Source of the DNA: Ascoidea asiatica JCM 7603
Lineage: Eukaryota; Fungi; Ascomycota
Assembly (NCBI GenBank): GCA_001600695.1
Contig: BCKQ01000021.1
Span: forward strand, 140,818-165,584
Length of the DNA: 24,767 nucleotides
Direction: 5' to 3'
A program made the translations under genes and the position numbers. Position 1 is the stretch's first letter. Each line of letters starts with the position of its first letter. Positions 10,647-21,691 of this stretch are shown here, piece after piece. The notes beneath the pieces are model-generated. The model was not told the origin of the DNA, searched no databases, and saw only the letters and a program-made list of their open reading frames with translations.

Positions 10647-12095
10647 ATGGTTGAATTTGCTGATATATTCTCTGTAAATATATTCTTTATTATACTAAGA
10701 GAAACAGTTGAATGCGCTGTTATTGTATCTGTATTATTAGCATTCTTAGATCAATATTTAGATAAAGATACAACTAATAAAAATAAAAATAATAATGTCA
10801 ATAATACTATTCAACATTTTTCAAATTCTCCATATTCTAATTTAAATTCAGATTTAGATTTAACTTTAAATTCAAGTTCAAATCTCAATTCAAATACAAT
10901 CACAAATACAAGTTCTACTTCAAACTCAAATACGAATACAAATTCAAATTTAAATTCAAATTCAAAAGGTATAGATAAATCTTTATATAATAAATTAAAA
11001 TTACATATTTGGTTAGGTAGTTTTACAGGTTTATTAATTTGTATATTCATTGGAGGTATATTTGTTACATTATTTTATTTAATTAAAGTTGATATATGGT
11101 CAAAATCTGAACATTATTGGGAAGCAATATTTAGTTTATTAGCTTCAATTGTAATTTCAATAATGGGTTTAGGTATGATAAAAATTAATAAAATGAAATT
11201 AAAATGGAAATTAAAATTATCAAAATTATTTTATAATTCAAAAAATATAACTTCAAATATTAGTAATATAAATAATAATGAAATTAATAATGAAATTAAT
11301 AATGAAATTAATAATGAAATTAATGAAGAATTAAATGATGGAATAAATTTAAATAAAAATAATTGGAAAAATAAAATTAAATATTATTCAGAAAAATATT
11401 CATTATTTATTTTACCTTGTATAACTACAATGAGAGAAGGTATGGAAGCTGTTGTATTTGTTGGAGGAGTTGGAGTTAATGAACCATATTCATCATTTCC
11501 ATTATCAATAATTTTAGCATTATCTATTGGATTTTCAATTGGATATTTTTTATATAAATCAGGTAATTCAATTTCATTACAAAAATTTTTAATTTTTTCA
11601 ACATGTTTTTTATATATTGTTTCTTCTGGATTATTTTCAAAAGCATTTTGGAATTTTGATTTACAAAAATTTATTGATAATTGTAATGGACAAGATATGG
11701 CAGAAGTTGGAAGTGGACCTGGATCTTATGATATTTCAAAATCAATTTGGCATGTAAATTGTTGTAATGGTGAAAAAGATGGATTATGGATGTTAGCAGC
11801 TGCAATTTTTGGTTGGACAAATAGTGCAACTTATTATTCAGTTTTTTCATATGATATTTATTGGATTTTAATAATTTTTATAATTTATATGTTAAGATTT
11901 GAAGATAAAAATGGTTATTTACCTTTAATTCCATTAAAATTTCAAAAAAAAAGAATGTTAAAAAAATTTGAATTAATTGATGGTTTAAAAAAATTAAATT
12001 CTTTTAATAAAAATAATAATAAGAATATCCAATCAACTTCAAGATCTTCAACTGATTCTTTAAATAGTTCAACACCATTATTCCCCTCTTCTTAA
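10647..12095 (+). CDS. FTH1: Vacuolar high-affinity iron permease (FTR1 family, Fth1 type)
   Basis: Two RExxE motifs (RETVE, REGME); long loop after TM1; CNGQDMAEVGSGPGSYDISKSIWHVNCCNGEKDG segment typical of Fth1 rather than Ftr1. Confidence 0.9.
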   Translation: MVEFADIFSVNIFFIILRETVECAVIVSVLLAFLDQYLDKDTTNKNKNNNVNNTIQHFSNSPYSNLNSDLDLTLNSSSNLNSNTITNTSSTSNSNTNTNSNLNSNSKGIDKSLYNKLKLHIWLGSFTGLLICIFIGGIFVTLFYLIKVDIWSKSEHYWEAIFSLLASIVISIMGLGMIKINKMKLKWKLKLSKLFYNSKNITSNISNINNNEINNEINNEINNEINEELNDGINLNKNNWKNKIKYYSEKYSLFILPCITTMREGMEAVVFVGGVGVNEPYSSFPLSIILALSIGFSIGYFLYKSGNSISLQKFLIFSTCFLYIVSSGLFSKAFWNFDLQKFIDNCNGQDMAEVGSGPGSYDISKSIWHVNCCNGEKDGLWMLAAAIFGWTNSATYYSVFSYDIYWILIIFIIYMLRFEDKNGYLPLIPLKFQKKRMLKKFELIDGLKKLNSFNKNNNKNIQSTSRSSTDSLNSSTPLFPSS

Positions 12096-12695
12096 TTTCA
12101 AATTGTATAATAAATTAAATAAATATATCAATTATAAAAACTTCTAATACAATCAATAACCTTCTTTTTTTTTTTAAGAAATCCAATAGTGTCACGTGCC
12201 TGAATTTATACCTCATAGAATCGGGATAAACCTATCGAATCTCGTGGTAATTAATTTTATCATGAAGCAAATTTTTTTTTTTATAAAGTGATGGGAATAA
12301 TTAAAATCCATAAGAAGAAATATTATTCCAGTTAGTAAAATTATGAAAAATAATAGTGAATGTGAATAAATGAATAAACTTTATTAGAAAAATAAAGAAA
12401 TAAAAAGAAATAAAAAGAAATTATGATAAATATATATAGAATAAAAAATGGCTGGATAATTATTTGAATTAAAGGAGCTCGTATTGGGAACAAGCTATGT
12501 AACAATAAAACCGGAAACACTGGTAACACAATAGAACTTTGGGGGACTATCTGAAAAAAGCTGGTTCAAAAACTGGTTTGATAATTAATTTCTTCCTTTG
12601 GTTATTAACATACTAGATATTTTTGATTTTTTATAGAAAAGCTTTTACTCAGTTAAAAGATCATAACAATTTAGCTTTATGAATTGGTGCCAGCC

Positions 12696-12702
12696 TATAT
12701 AA
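12696..12702 (+). promoter_or_regulatory. TATA box upstream of the structured RNA
   Basis: TATATAA immediately 5' of the start of the self-pairing GC-rich block. Confidence 0.45.
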
Positions 12703-12717
12703 CTGCTCCAGTCCTGG

Positions 12718-13375
12718 CATCAAAAGCTCGAACTTGAAGATTATTCTCCGGAGTAAAATCTTGGGCGGATAATCTTGCACGTTGAAGCACGGATTATCTT
12801 CCACGTTTTTGTGTTTGTGGTAGAAATAAAAAGATGGTGAGAGCGAGCGGCGAGGCCACCGAAGGATGGTGCTTTTGTTGGCTTTGCTGTTTGCTCGCCG
12901 GGCAGTTTGTGATGATTTTCACTTCTTTCCAAGGCCATTTGCCACCAGAACCACCAACACGAGCAACAGCCCCGGCCCGGAAGATGGTGCTCTTATTTAA
13001 CCAGACTCGTTTCGCCGCTTTGTGTCTCCTTTTCCGCTTTAGCTGCTTGGGAAGATTGGGCGTGGTTGAAAGTATTGGAGATAGTGAAGAAGATAAAGAA
13101 AATATACTGAAATTGGGTGAGGTTCTTGGGATTCGAGGACTGATCGGAACAGCAGAGGTGGTTTTGGGGTGGGTTGGGGTTATCGGGGTGGTTTTGTGAA
13201 GCTTATCTTCCCTCACCTATCCTACATCTGTGTACACGCATTCCTACAGACTCTCCTTGCAGCTTTAACAATTGATTGCTGTGGTGACTATATTCCATTA
13301 ATTTATGGAAAAATTTTCACCTGCGTTCCCAGGCATGCTTTGATTATGGTGCAGAGACGTTTGAGTTTCCGATAG
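12718..13375 (+). ncRNA. Long structured non-coding RNA; candidate telomerase RNA
   Basis: GC-enriched relative to flanks with no credible ORF. An 18-bp helix with 5 G.U pairs (12841-12858/12879-12896); 5'-3' end pairing (12724-12733/13359-13368); template-like CCACCAGAACCACCA 12942-12956; crossing helices at 12987-13089. Confidence is about 0.8 for a structured RNA and lower for the telomerase identity. Confidence 0.65.
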
Positions 13376-13999
13376 CAAATAAAGTTATCCATAAAACTTG
13401 GTCGATGATAATTGGCACATTTGCTTCCTCCTGGTTGGTTTTGGGGTCGTGTTGGAAACACCTTCTTACCTGTTCAAATGGCACTTATATTATCCTGACC
13501 TCATATCCAAATTTGCAAGATTGCATGATAATCGGAAGAAAAAATTTTCATTATGACCAATTCTTCTTTTATTCAATATTACTTTTTGACCCGATACTAG
13601 GAGAAAACCTCATCTGAATTTTCATGACCCTCATCCAGTCATTTTATTGAGTAATTATGTTTATAAAACATATCTTTTTTAAAACATATTTTCAGACATT
13701 ATTTTTTTATTTATTATTCGGTGGCGTAGCATCATCAGATCTTTAACATATATTATTTATGCTAATATTTAATAAGGCCTTATTCATTCATTATCTTCAG
13801 ATGATTCCATAGCAAGCCCATACCATTCTCCAGCTATTTAAACGAATATTACGTTTTCTTTGTTTGATAATTTTTTTGTAATGTTTACAAAGCCGTAACA
13901 AATTCAATTGGGAACATTTTCCCCTGAAGATGTTGCAACTGATGCATTGCCCGTAAATTTTTAGGATCTTCACGAAGGTTCCATATCTGTTTTATCTTA

Positions 14000-14295
14000 G
14001 ATGTGGCGCATGCGGTGTTTCACCCCAACCTGTTTCAACCTCGTAGTTTCCCAATTTCCCGATATTTTTCCTACAAAACTACCAAAAAACACAATAAATA
14101 AACCCGCGCACAGCCTGTTACCGCGTGCTGCGCTTGTTCGGTGCGCTCCCGGTGCGCATTCTGCGTGCTTTTGGTGCGCTGAGTGAGCGCCCACCTCTGT
14201 GTCGACGCGTGATAAGCCGGGCTGCTGCACACCGCCGTGCTCCTCTGCCACAGGCATCTCTGATAATAATTTTGCAAAATCTTCTTGCAAAGCGG
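14000..14295 (+). promoter_or_regulatory. GC-rich promoter island upstream of MRS6
   Basis: GGTGCGC x3 (14140, 14151, 14173), ACGCGT 14205-14210, GATAAG 14211-14216, in an otherwise very AT-rich intergenic region. Confidence 0.5.
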
Positions 14296-15414
14296 TAATC
14301 TTTTTTTAATGCAAAATTTGATCTTTTCTGCTAACAAATAAAGTTTAACTTGGAAAAAATTTTCATTTTTAATTTTTAATGAGTATTTTGTTTTCTAAAA
14401 TTGTCATTTTTAAGCTGAATTTACTGAATTTTTTTTTTTAATAAAAGAACAAAATTGTTATAATTATTAACTCTTTTATTAAGTAAGATTCTTTTAAATT
14501 TTTTTTCTAAAAATCTTTTTTCATTATTTTCCCTTGTTTTCTCTTTTTTTTTTTCTATTTTTTAAAAAATTTTCTTATAACCTTTCTTACAATTCTTTTT
14601 TTACAAAATTTTCTCTTCTTTTTTTTTCTCTTTCTTCATTCCTAAATAATCAAAAATTAACTATTCAGCTAATAAAGAAAACAATTATATAAAATATATT
14701 ATCTCAATTAACCAACATTCTTAAATTAACTTAATAATTTTATCTCCAGCTTTTTTTTTTTTTAGATTCAAAAAAAAAATTTTCACTTTCATTCAAAATT
14801 TAGTTTTTTTTTACTATATTAAATTATATTTATTTTCTTTATTCATAAACAAGCAATAATATATTGAAGTTAAATAAATAACTTCTAATAAATAAAATAA
14901 AATCTTATTAAAATCTATTCATTATCTCAGCCATCAATTAAAATAAAATTTTCAATTCAATACCTAACTAATAATATCCGAGTTTTTAAACAACAATAAA
15001 AAAAATATTAAAACCATTTTTTTTTTATATTAAAAAGAGTCTAAATTTTCAAGAAAAAAATTTATTCACATCAAGCCCTATATTTTCAACTTTATACTAG
15101 AAAAAAAATTAAAACATAAAAAAACATAAAAAAAAAAATTTTCTCCAATTACAATTGATTGAAGAAAAAAAATTTTCACTTTGGATTATTATCTTTTATC
15201 TTTTATCTTATTTTTATTTTCTCATATAAAGTCTGATTATATTCATAAATTATATATAACTATAAATATAATTATTACTCCACTTTACTTTATTTTACTT
15301 CAATTTAATCTAATTTGATTTGATTTTATATTTCATTTATATTTCATTTATATTTCATTTCAATTATTTATCATTATCATTGTTTATCAATAAAATATTA
15401 TCATATCAAATTAA

Positions 15415-16038
15415 ATGGCTTCTGCTTCTTTATCAACTTATTTATCTCCTGAAATTCCTCCAATGATTCAAAATCCTCATCATAGACCTTCAATGGTTGA
15501 AAGAAGACCATCAAATTTTAAATTTAATAATATAAATATGAAAAAACCTCCAATAATTATACCTCAATTACCTTATTTAGAATTACCTCCAACAAATTCA
15601 ACTCCAAATGAATGTGATGTTTTAATAATTGGTACTGGTTTAGTTGAATCAATTTTATCTGCTTCTTTAGCTTGGCAAGGTTCAAATGTTTTACAAATTG
15701 ATTCAAATTCTTATTATGGTGATACAACTTCAACTTTAACAATTGATCAATTAAAAAAATGGACAAATGATGTTTCAATAAATAATAATAATATTGGTTT
15801 TAAACAATATAAAAATCCAAGATTATATATTCCAAGACCTGATCAAATAATTTCAAAAAATTATGGAATTGATTTAAATCCAAAAATTTTATTCTCAAAA
15901 AGTGATTTATTATCTTTATTATTAAAATCTGGTGTTGAAAAATATTTACAATTTCAATCTTTATCTCAATTTCATACTTTTGAAAATGATAATTTTGAAA
16001 AAATTATAAATTCAAAACATTCTCTATTAAATAATCAG

Positions 16039-16090
<52 letters not shown>

Positions 16091-17511
16091 CAAGTAATAA
16101 TAATAATAATGCTGATTTAACAATTGAAACAAAAAAGAATTTAATGAAATTTATAAATTTTGTAATGGATTGGGAATCAATTAAAAATAAATCAATTTGG
16201 GAAAATTATAAATTTAAACCAATTTCAATTTTTTTAAAAAATGTATTTAATTTAAAAAAAACTCAAATTAATGAATTAATTTTTTCAATTGGTTTATGTT
16301 TTACATCAAATTTAAGAACTCCAGAAGCTTTACAAAGAATTAAAAGATTTATAATTTCTTTTGATGTTTATGGTAAATATCCTGTATTAATTTCAAGATT
16401 TGGTGGACCTGGAGAAATTTCTCAAGGATTTTGTAGATTAGCTTCAGTTGCAAATACAACATTTAAATTAAATACATCATTAATAAGTTATGATCCAATT
16501 ACAAAAATTGCAAAATTATCAAATGGTAAAAAAATTAAAGTTAATGAAAAAATTGTTATATCACCAACTCAAGTACCAGATTTCTTAGAAAATTATCAAC
16601 CAATTTCCAAATATGAAGTTTCAAGATTAATAACTATAGTTAAAAAAGATTGTAAAGAATGGATGGGAAAAAATGAATCAAGTTGTATAGTTGTATTTCC
16701 AGAAAATTCATTAATAACATTAAATAAATTTGCTGTACAAGTTATAATTATGAATGAAGGATCAGAAATTGTACCAAAGGGACAATGTGTTTGGTATTTA
16801 TCAACAATTGAAAAAGGATCAAAAGGTCAAAAAGATTTAGAAGCTGCATTGAAATGTTTAGAAAATAGTATATTAAGAGAAAGTAATTTTGATTTTAATG
16901 ATTTTATTCTGGAAGATAATAATAATAATAATAATAATTATAATAATAGTGTTAAATTAGGTACAAGTTTATTAAATTTTGTACCAAAAGAAAAATTAAC
17001 ATATGTTATGAAATTTTATTTTACACAAAATACATCAATTCCACCTTTTGGAGTTGTAAATTCAAAAATATTTTCAAATAAAAATTTAAATAATAGTTTT
17101 AATAATAAAAATTATGGATATTATGATGAAAATGAAGAAACAAATGATATGATTAAAGAAATGAATAAAACAGAATTAGAAAATAAGAAAATTAATGAAT
17201 TGAAAAAAGAGAATAAAGATGATGAAGAGAATGAAGATAAAGATGAGAATAAAGAGAATCTTTATAAGGATATTATATTTAATAGTATGCCATCAAGTGA
17301 AATATCATATGATGGAGTTGTTACAGAAGCTAAAGTTTTATTTGAAAAAATTACTGGATCAGATGATGATTTTTTTAATATTGATTTTGAAAATGAAGGA
17401 GAATTTTCTAATGCATATGCATTTGGATATAATAGTTTTGCAGATGAAGGAGCAATAATTGATGATGATGATGACGATGTTGTTGACGATTATGATGATT
17501 ATATTAATTAA
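15415..17511 (+). CDS. MRS6: Rab escort protein / Rab geranylgeranyltransferase component A
   Basis: RRPSMVERRPS N-terminus; DVLIIGTGLVESILSASLAWQGSNVLQIDSNSYYGD; GIDLNPKILFSKSDLL; GGPGEISQGFCR; EISYDGVV..GSDDDFF. Confidence 0.95.
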
Positions 17512-18156
17512 TAAAATACCTAATTTTTGTTTTTTTTTTCGATTTTTTTCTCTTTTAAAAATGCTAAGAGTGGTTTTTGTTATTAGCTATGCTTATTCTT
17601 TATTTTCTATTACTTTTACTATTATTATTACTATTATTACTATTATTCTTATTATTATTCCTTATTTCTTTCTTTTTTTTCTGATAGATTGTACTTTTAT
17701 AAAAAAAATTGATAAAAAAATTTAATTTCTTGCTTTATTTTTTATTTATATTTTTATTTATGTTTTTACTTTTACACTTACTCTTACACTTTTTTTTTTA
17801 AAGAAAAATGGGAAATTTTTAGCTTAATTTTAAGAATTTTCTTTTCATTTTTTTTTTGATTCCACTCTTATTCAACTCTTTATCAACTCTTATTCAAATT
17901 TATTTAAATTTTATTCAATAGTTATTTAAATTCTTTTTATATTTTTCAATTCTTCAAAATTCTTCAAGATTCTTCAAGATTCTTATATACTGTATGTAGA
18001 TCTATATAAACCATGAACCATAGTTAAATCGAGCATTTTATGATCATAATTGAATTCAAATAGATATAACTTCAAACTTATTGTAAAAGTGAATATAAAA
18101 AAAAGGGTCTTCTTAATGATAATAATAATGAGGAAATTAAAAAATTAAATTATTTG

Positions 18157-18204
18157 TTTCGTGTTTTCGTGTTTTCGTGTTTTCGCATTTTCTCATTTTC
18201 GCGT
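18157..18204 (-). repeat. 8-bp tandem repeat forming SCB-like sites (CACGAAA x3, CGCGAAA x1)
   Basis: TTTCGTG at 18157, 18165, 18173; TTTCGCG at 18197. Confidence 0.7.
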
Positions 18205-18978
18205 CTGTCTATTTTCAGAAAATAAGGCTGGTGAAAGTGGCTGAAATAAGGTGGCTAGTTTTATGCGGATTTGTAATCCATTACTTAATCCGGATTTGAA
18301 TTAAATTTCAAATCCTGGCAGCGGCCACTTTTTGTTTCCGGCGGGGTTTGACTGAGTCTTGTGATGAGCGAAAAGCGATAGATAAGAAAGTGATTGTTTG
18401 GCTTTCTGGGGGTGAAAACATCGGGAATCAAGAAATAAAGAAATAAAGAAATAAAGAAATAAAGGTTTATTTGATCTGTTTGATCAATGAAAAAACCAAT
18501 TATCAATAATCAATAATCAATTATACAATTGCAATCATTAAGTAATTTAATTACCAATAGTAATATCAGAATCAAGGTCATGTAATGAAAATATGAAAAT
18601 ATTGAATAAATCCATTCATCAAATCTAGATCTAATTCAAATTAAAAATTATTCCATTAAAAAAATTACTAAAATAACATTACAAATTATAATAATTTAAT
18701 ATATTCATTATCATAAATAATCATATCCAAAATCATAATTATTATCATTATCATATATTATTTCATAGAGATATAATACATAAAAAGACAAATTTGATTG
18801 GATATTGAGTTATTGTGAGCTAAATTATACTAATTTAGAAGCATACTAAAATTGATAAATATTTGAATTCTAAATTAATATCTTAACACATATAATTCTT
18901 TTTTTCATATTCATTCATATATACATTTTCATATTCAATATTCAATATTCAATATTCAATATTAAATATTCAATAAAA

Positions 18979-19909
18979 ATGTTATTCTCAAATTCAATAA
19001 TATATATAAATTTAAATTTAAATATAAGAAATAGTATATTTTTACTTAATAATAAATCTATTAATAAAAATATAATAAATATTAAAAGAAATTTATCAAT
19101 AAATAACACAAATAATAATAAAAAAACTTATAATAAACATAATTTTAAAATACATAAATGGCCAAAAAATTGTAATCCATCACCATATGAAATTTTAGGT
19201 TTAAATAATTCAATAATTATAAATAAAAATAATGATATTGAATTAAAAAAAATTTATTTAAATTTATGTAAAATTTATCATCCTGATTTAAAAAATAATA
19301 TTATAGATTTTAATACAAATAAACAAATTTCAAAAAAATTAAAAGAAGAAAGATTTAAAAAAATTATTAATGCATATTCAATTTTAAAAGATCCAATTAA
19401 AAAAAAGTTTTATGATACTTTCAATAATAATAACATCAACAATAACAATAACAATAACAATAACAATAATAGCAGCAATATAAATTATAATAATTATGAA
19501 TATTGGAATGCTGGAAATTGGGAAGATTATCAAAAATATAGTACAAATAATAATAATAATACTAATAATAATAATTATATATTAATTGAAGCTGATATAA
19601 ATGAAAAATATAAAATTTTATATATATTATTTATTTTAATTTCATTTACAACAATTGCTCAAATTTATATTGGTATGAATTTTAGTGAAGAAGATTTACT
19701 TAATAAAAAAAAAATTCATTCAATTGCTGAAGAAGATTTATATAAAGCTTATATAAATTATGGTCTTGGTTTAGATAAATTCTCAAGAATTCAAAGATTT
19801 TTATTTTGGAGAAGATCAACAATTTGTAAAAATAATGAAAATTTATTACAAAAACATGAAGAAAATGATGAAAAATTAATAAATAAACTTAAACAAAAAT
19901 ATAATAATG

Positions 19910-19943
<34 letters not shown>

Positions 19944-19947
19944 ATAA
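18979..19947 (+). CDS. JID1: J-domain protein, Jid1-like (probably mitochondrial, one TM segment)
   Basis: Basic N-terminal presequence-like region; WPKNCNPSPYEILG..IYHPD..EERFKKIINAYSILKDP; YWNAGNWEDY; TM ILYILFILISFTTIAQI. Confidence 0.8.
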
Positions 19948-20169
19948 TTTATAATTAAATAATACACCCTCAAGGGGTTTAACAGTAATATAATAATACT
20001 TAAACGCATACTTGCTCTACATACATACTTACATACTCTTTTTATATATGAATAAACTTTAGTTAAAATAATACCACCTTCTGACTTTTTCAGTTTGTGA
20101 AAAAAAAAATATATTGTTTAAAAGAATACTGTAAAATAATTGTATATTCTTTTGAATGAATTAAATCCC

Positions 20170-20265
20170 TGAATAACACTTTATTGAATAACATTTTATT
20201 GAATAACATTTTATTGAATAATAGTTTATTGAATAATAGTTTATTGAATATTTCATTGAATAATA
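20170..20265. repeat. 15-bp minisatellite (TGAATAACATTTTAT-type, about 6 degenerate copies)
   Basis: Directly visible tandem units; explains the spurious ORF 20090-20314. Confidence 0.85.
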
Positions 20266-20756
20266 GGGTTCTCGAACTGAGACAACAATTACTTTCAGCC
20301 AGTCCTTTTTTCAATCAAAGGACAAATTAAAAGTCCCTGTGATTGTTTTACTCTTTTAACTTCAGCAACTTCTTTTGTTTCTTGATATTCCAATTATTGA
20401 AGTTCAGCTGGTTTTGAATTCTGTGTTGATGCCAGTCTTCTGCTGGTTTTGAGGTGACTGAAACTGAATTTAATGGGGATTATTCGCTTGGACAGTCTGG
20501 GGGTGAAGCAGGAAGAAACCATTTGAATATATTTTTGTTTTTGCTTTGCTTTATTGGAAAAGCTTCAAGAAATGAATAAACCTTTATTTATTCGTAATCT
20601 TGGTCATGTCAATGATTCAATCATGTTCACTATCTTAGTCTAAGTTATAGTTATAGTCTTTATCTTAGTATTTTTTGCCATTTTGCGAGGGTAATAAAAT
20701 TTCATTTACTTTCAATAATAATAGAAATAATAATAGAAATATTTATTATTTTATTT

Positions 20757-20793
<37 letters not shown>

Positions 20794-20906
20794 CAATATT
20801 ATTTTTTTGTTTTATTTAATGTCTTAAAACTTGAAAAATACTTAAAACAACAGATAAAAATCAGGAAACAAGGAGAAAATTCATTAATTATTAAGTTTAT
20901 ATTAAT

Positions 20907-21644
20907 ATGGATAAATATAGTTTTGGATTTCCAATACAAGAGGATACATCTTTAGATAATGAAAAAACATTTGAATCTGATTTAATTAAGGATATAGATA
21001 AATTTAATAATAATATAGATAATAGAATTAAATTAAATCATAGAAATAATATAAATAATTTAAATAATATGAATATTAATAGAATTAAAGAAAATGAATA
21101 TAATGAATATAATGGATTAAGAAATTTAAATGATTTAAATAATATTAATGATAATATTAATGATAATTCAATTTTAGATCTTAGATTAAATGAATCATCA
21201 CCACCAATACTTAATGAATCATATTCAAATTTAATTGTATCTTCAAATACATCACCTTCAACTTCAAGTTCTAATTCATTTTCAACAAATTTACAAAATA
21301 TTAATATTAGAAATAATATAAGAAGTAATTGCAATTTGAAAAGTAAAAAATTAAAAAATCCAATATCTAATTTGAATTCTAATTTGAATTTCTCTTTAAA
21401 TTCCTCTTTAAATTCCTCTTTAAATTCAAGTTTAAATCCAGAAATTAAACGTCGTAAGATTATTAGAAAAAAAGAACCAGAAACAACATGTGGTAGATGT
21501 AAGAAATCAATTTATGCAAATGAAACTAAATATAAATGTGTATTTTGTAAATATGAAAGTGGTAATGGTGGTGATAAAGATAATGAAGAATATGATGAGA
21601 ATGATATTATTGAAAAAAATGAAGATTATAAAAAAAATTTAATT

Positions 21645-21691
<47 letters not shown>

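Noticed and set aside
12191-12198. GTCACGTG (CDEI/Cbf1 site) as a point centromere
   Set aside because: No adjacent very AT-rich CDEII or CDEIII; at most a lone E-box
12766-12807. Direct repeat CGGATAATCTTGCACGTT / CGGATTATCTTCCACGTT resembling the ACGGAT core of Candida/Kluyveromyces telomeres
   Set aside because: It would need a minus-strand RNA, contradicting the G.U strand bias; both copies are used in helices
13166-13188. G-quadruplex motif GGGG-T-GGG-TT-GGGG-TTATC-GGGG
   Set aside because: The G-runs have complementary C/U-rich partners at 13202-13218, so they are better explained as a helix strand
12741-13617. Short overlapping ORFs on both strands (12794-13216, 12834-13199, etc.)
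   Set aside because: No recognisable domains and composition unlike host genes; explained by the high GC of the structured RNA
13440-13990. Possible decayed minus-strand pseudogene
   Set aside because: Stop density is what AT-rich non-coding DNA would give; no motif recognised
13997-14337. ORFs over the GC-rich island upstream of MRS6
   Set aside because: By-products of local GC richness; no homology cues
20170-20265. CRISPR-like array
   Set aside because: Eukaryotic DNA; head-to-tail 15-mers with no unique spacers
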